Source of the DNA: Candidatus Eremiobacteria bacterium | Lineage (GTDB): Bacteria > Vulcanimicrobiota > Vulcanimicrobiia > Vulcanimicrobiales > Vulcanimicrobiaceae | Assembly (NCBI GenBank): GCA_963737065.1 | Contig: CAVTRC010000001.1 | Coordinates: 1,888,001 to 1,952,000, forward strand | Direction of reading: 5' to 3' | Length of the DNA: 64,000 bases | Part shown: positions 63,631 through 64,000 of the stretch, one piece after another | How positions within the stretch are numbered: the stretch's first letter is position 1 | Layout: each line of letters begins with the position of its first letter | Notes under the pieces: generated by a model | What the model was told of the DNA's origin: nothing | The model's input: only the letters and a program-made list of their open reading frames with translations | Database searches by the model: none | Position numbers and translations under genes: made by a program

Positions 63631-64000
63631 GTGCAAAAAATCACACCGATCGATATTCAGCATAAGACGTTCAAAAAAGCGTTGCAGGGCTACGATCGTA
63701 CGGAAGTCGATCAGTTTCTCGACGAAGTCATCGAGACGCTCGAAGATGATGCAACGCATCATGCGGCGTTGGAAGCGGAAATCGCCGATCTTCGCGAGCG
63801 CATCAGCCACTTCAAAGCGATGGAGGAATCGCTGCAGAACACGCTGCTGCTCGCGCAACGCACGGCCGACGAAGTGAAAGCGTCGGCGCACAAGGAAGCG
63901 GACCTCATCAAGGAGCAGGCGCGCTTGAAGTCCGAGCGTGAGATCGCCTCGTATAACGATGCGATCCTCGACGTGCGACGCGAGCATCAGCGTGCAATTG
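63631..64000 (+). CDS. divIVA: DivIVA domain protein (runs off window edge)
   Basis: Not in ORF track; manual translation MQKITPIDIQHKTFKKALQGYDRTEVDQFLDEV...L..TLLLAQ..A coiled coil. Confidence 0.92.
   Translation, partial: MQKITPIDIQHKTFKKALQGYDRTEVDQFLDEVIETLEDDATHHAALEAEIADLRERISHFKAMEESLQNTLLLAQRTADEVKASAHKEADLIKEQARLKSEREIASYNDAILDVRREHQRAI

Overview
GC-rich bacterial chromosome segment, probably from a diderm Terrabacteria lineage such as Eremiobacterota (inferred from a TonB-dependent receptor and hopanoid HpnJ occurring with SepF/DivIVA/CsaB). Many genes between about 13.7 and 46 kb carry single-base frameshifts that look like long-read errors. Content in order: (1) 1-16.4 kb, a divergent IclR-associated inositol locus (iolD-like, iolG, iolB, iolE-like, split transketolase, LeuB-like dehydrogenase, sugar ABC transporter; opposite strand TonB receptor, phosphoesterase, aldehyde dehydrogenase); (2) 16.6-42 kb, mixed accessory genes (hpnJ, dprA, GNAT-AAA fusion, ggt, repeat-tailed secreted protein, CVNH-like lectin, Co-type nitrile-hydratase-like genes, ABC-F, UdgX, Sua5, S41 protease); (3) a cysH-cysI-TauE operon preceded by an unannotated Cys-rich leader peptide and terminator; (4) a lower-GC patch with two toxin-antitoxin modules next to tRNA-Val; (5) housekeeping genes (csaB, ileS, tgt, rluD, lspA, ccdA, lgt, yggS, sepF, divIVA). 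Top hypotheses: a kinase/aldolase-free lower inositol pathway (2-deoxy-5-ketogluconate -> transketolase -> malic semialdehyde -> D-malate -> pyruvate), and a classical cysteine-sensing transcription attenuator. All product calls come from motif recognition, not database searches.
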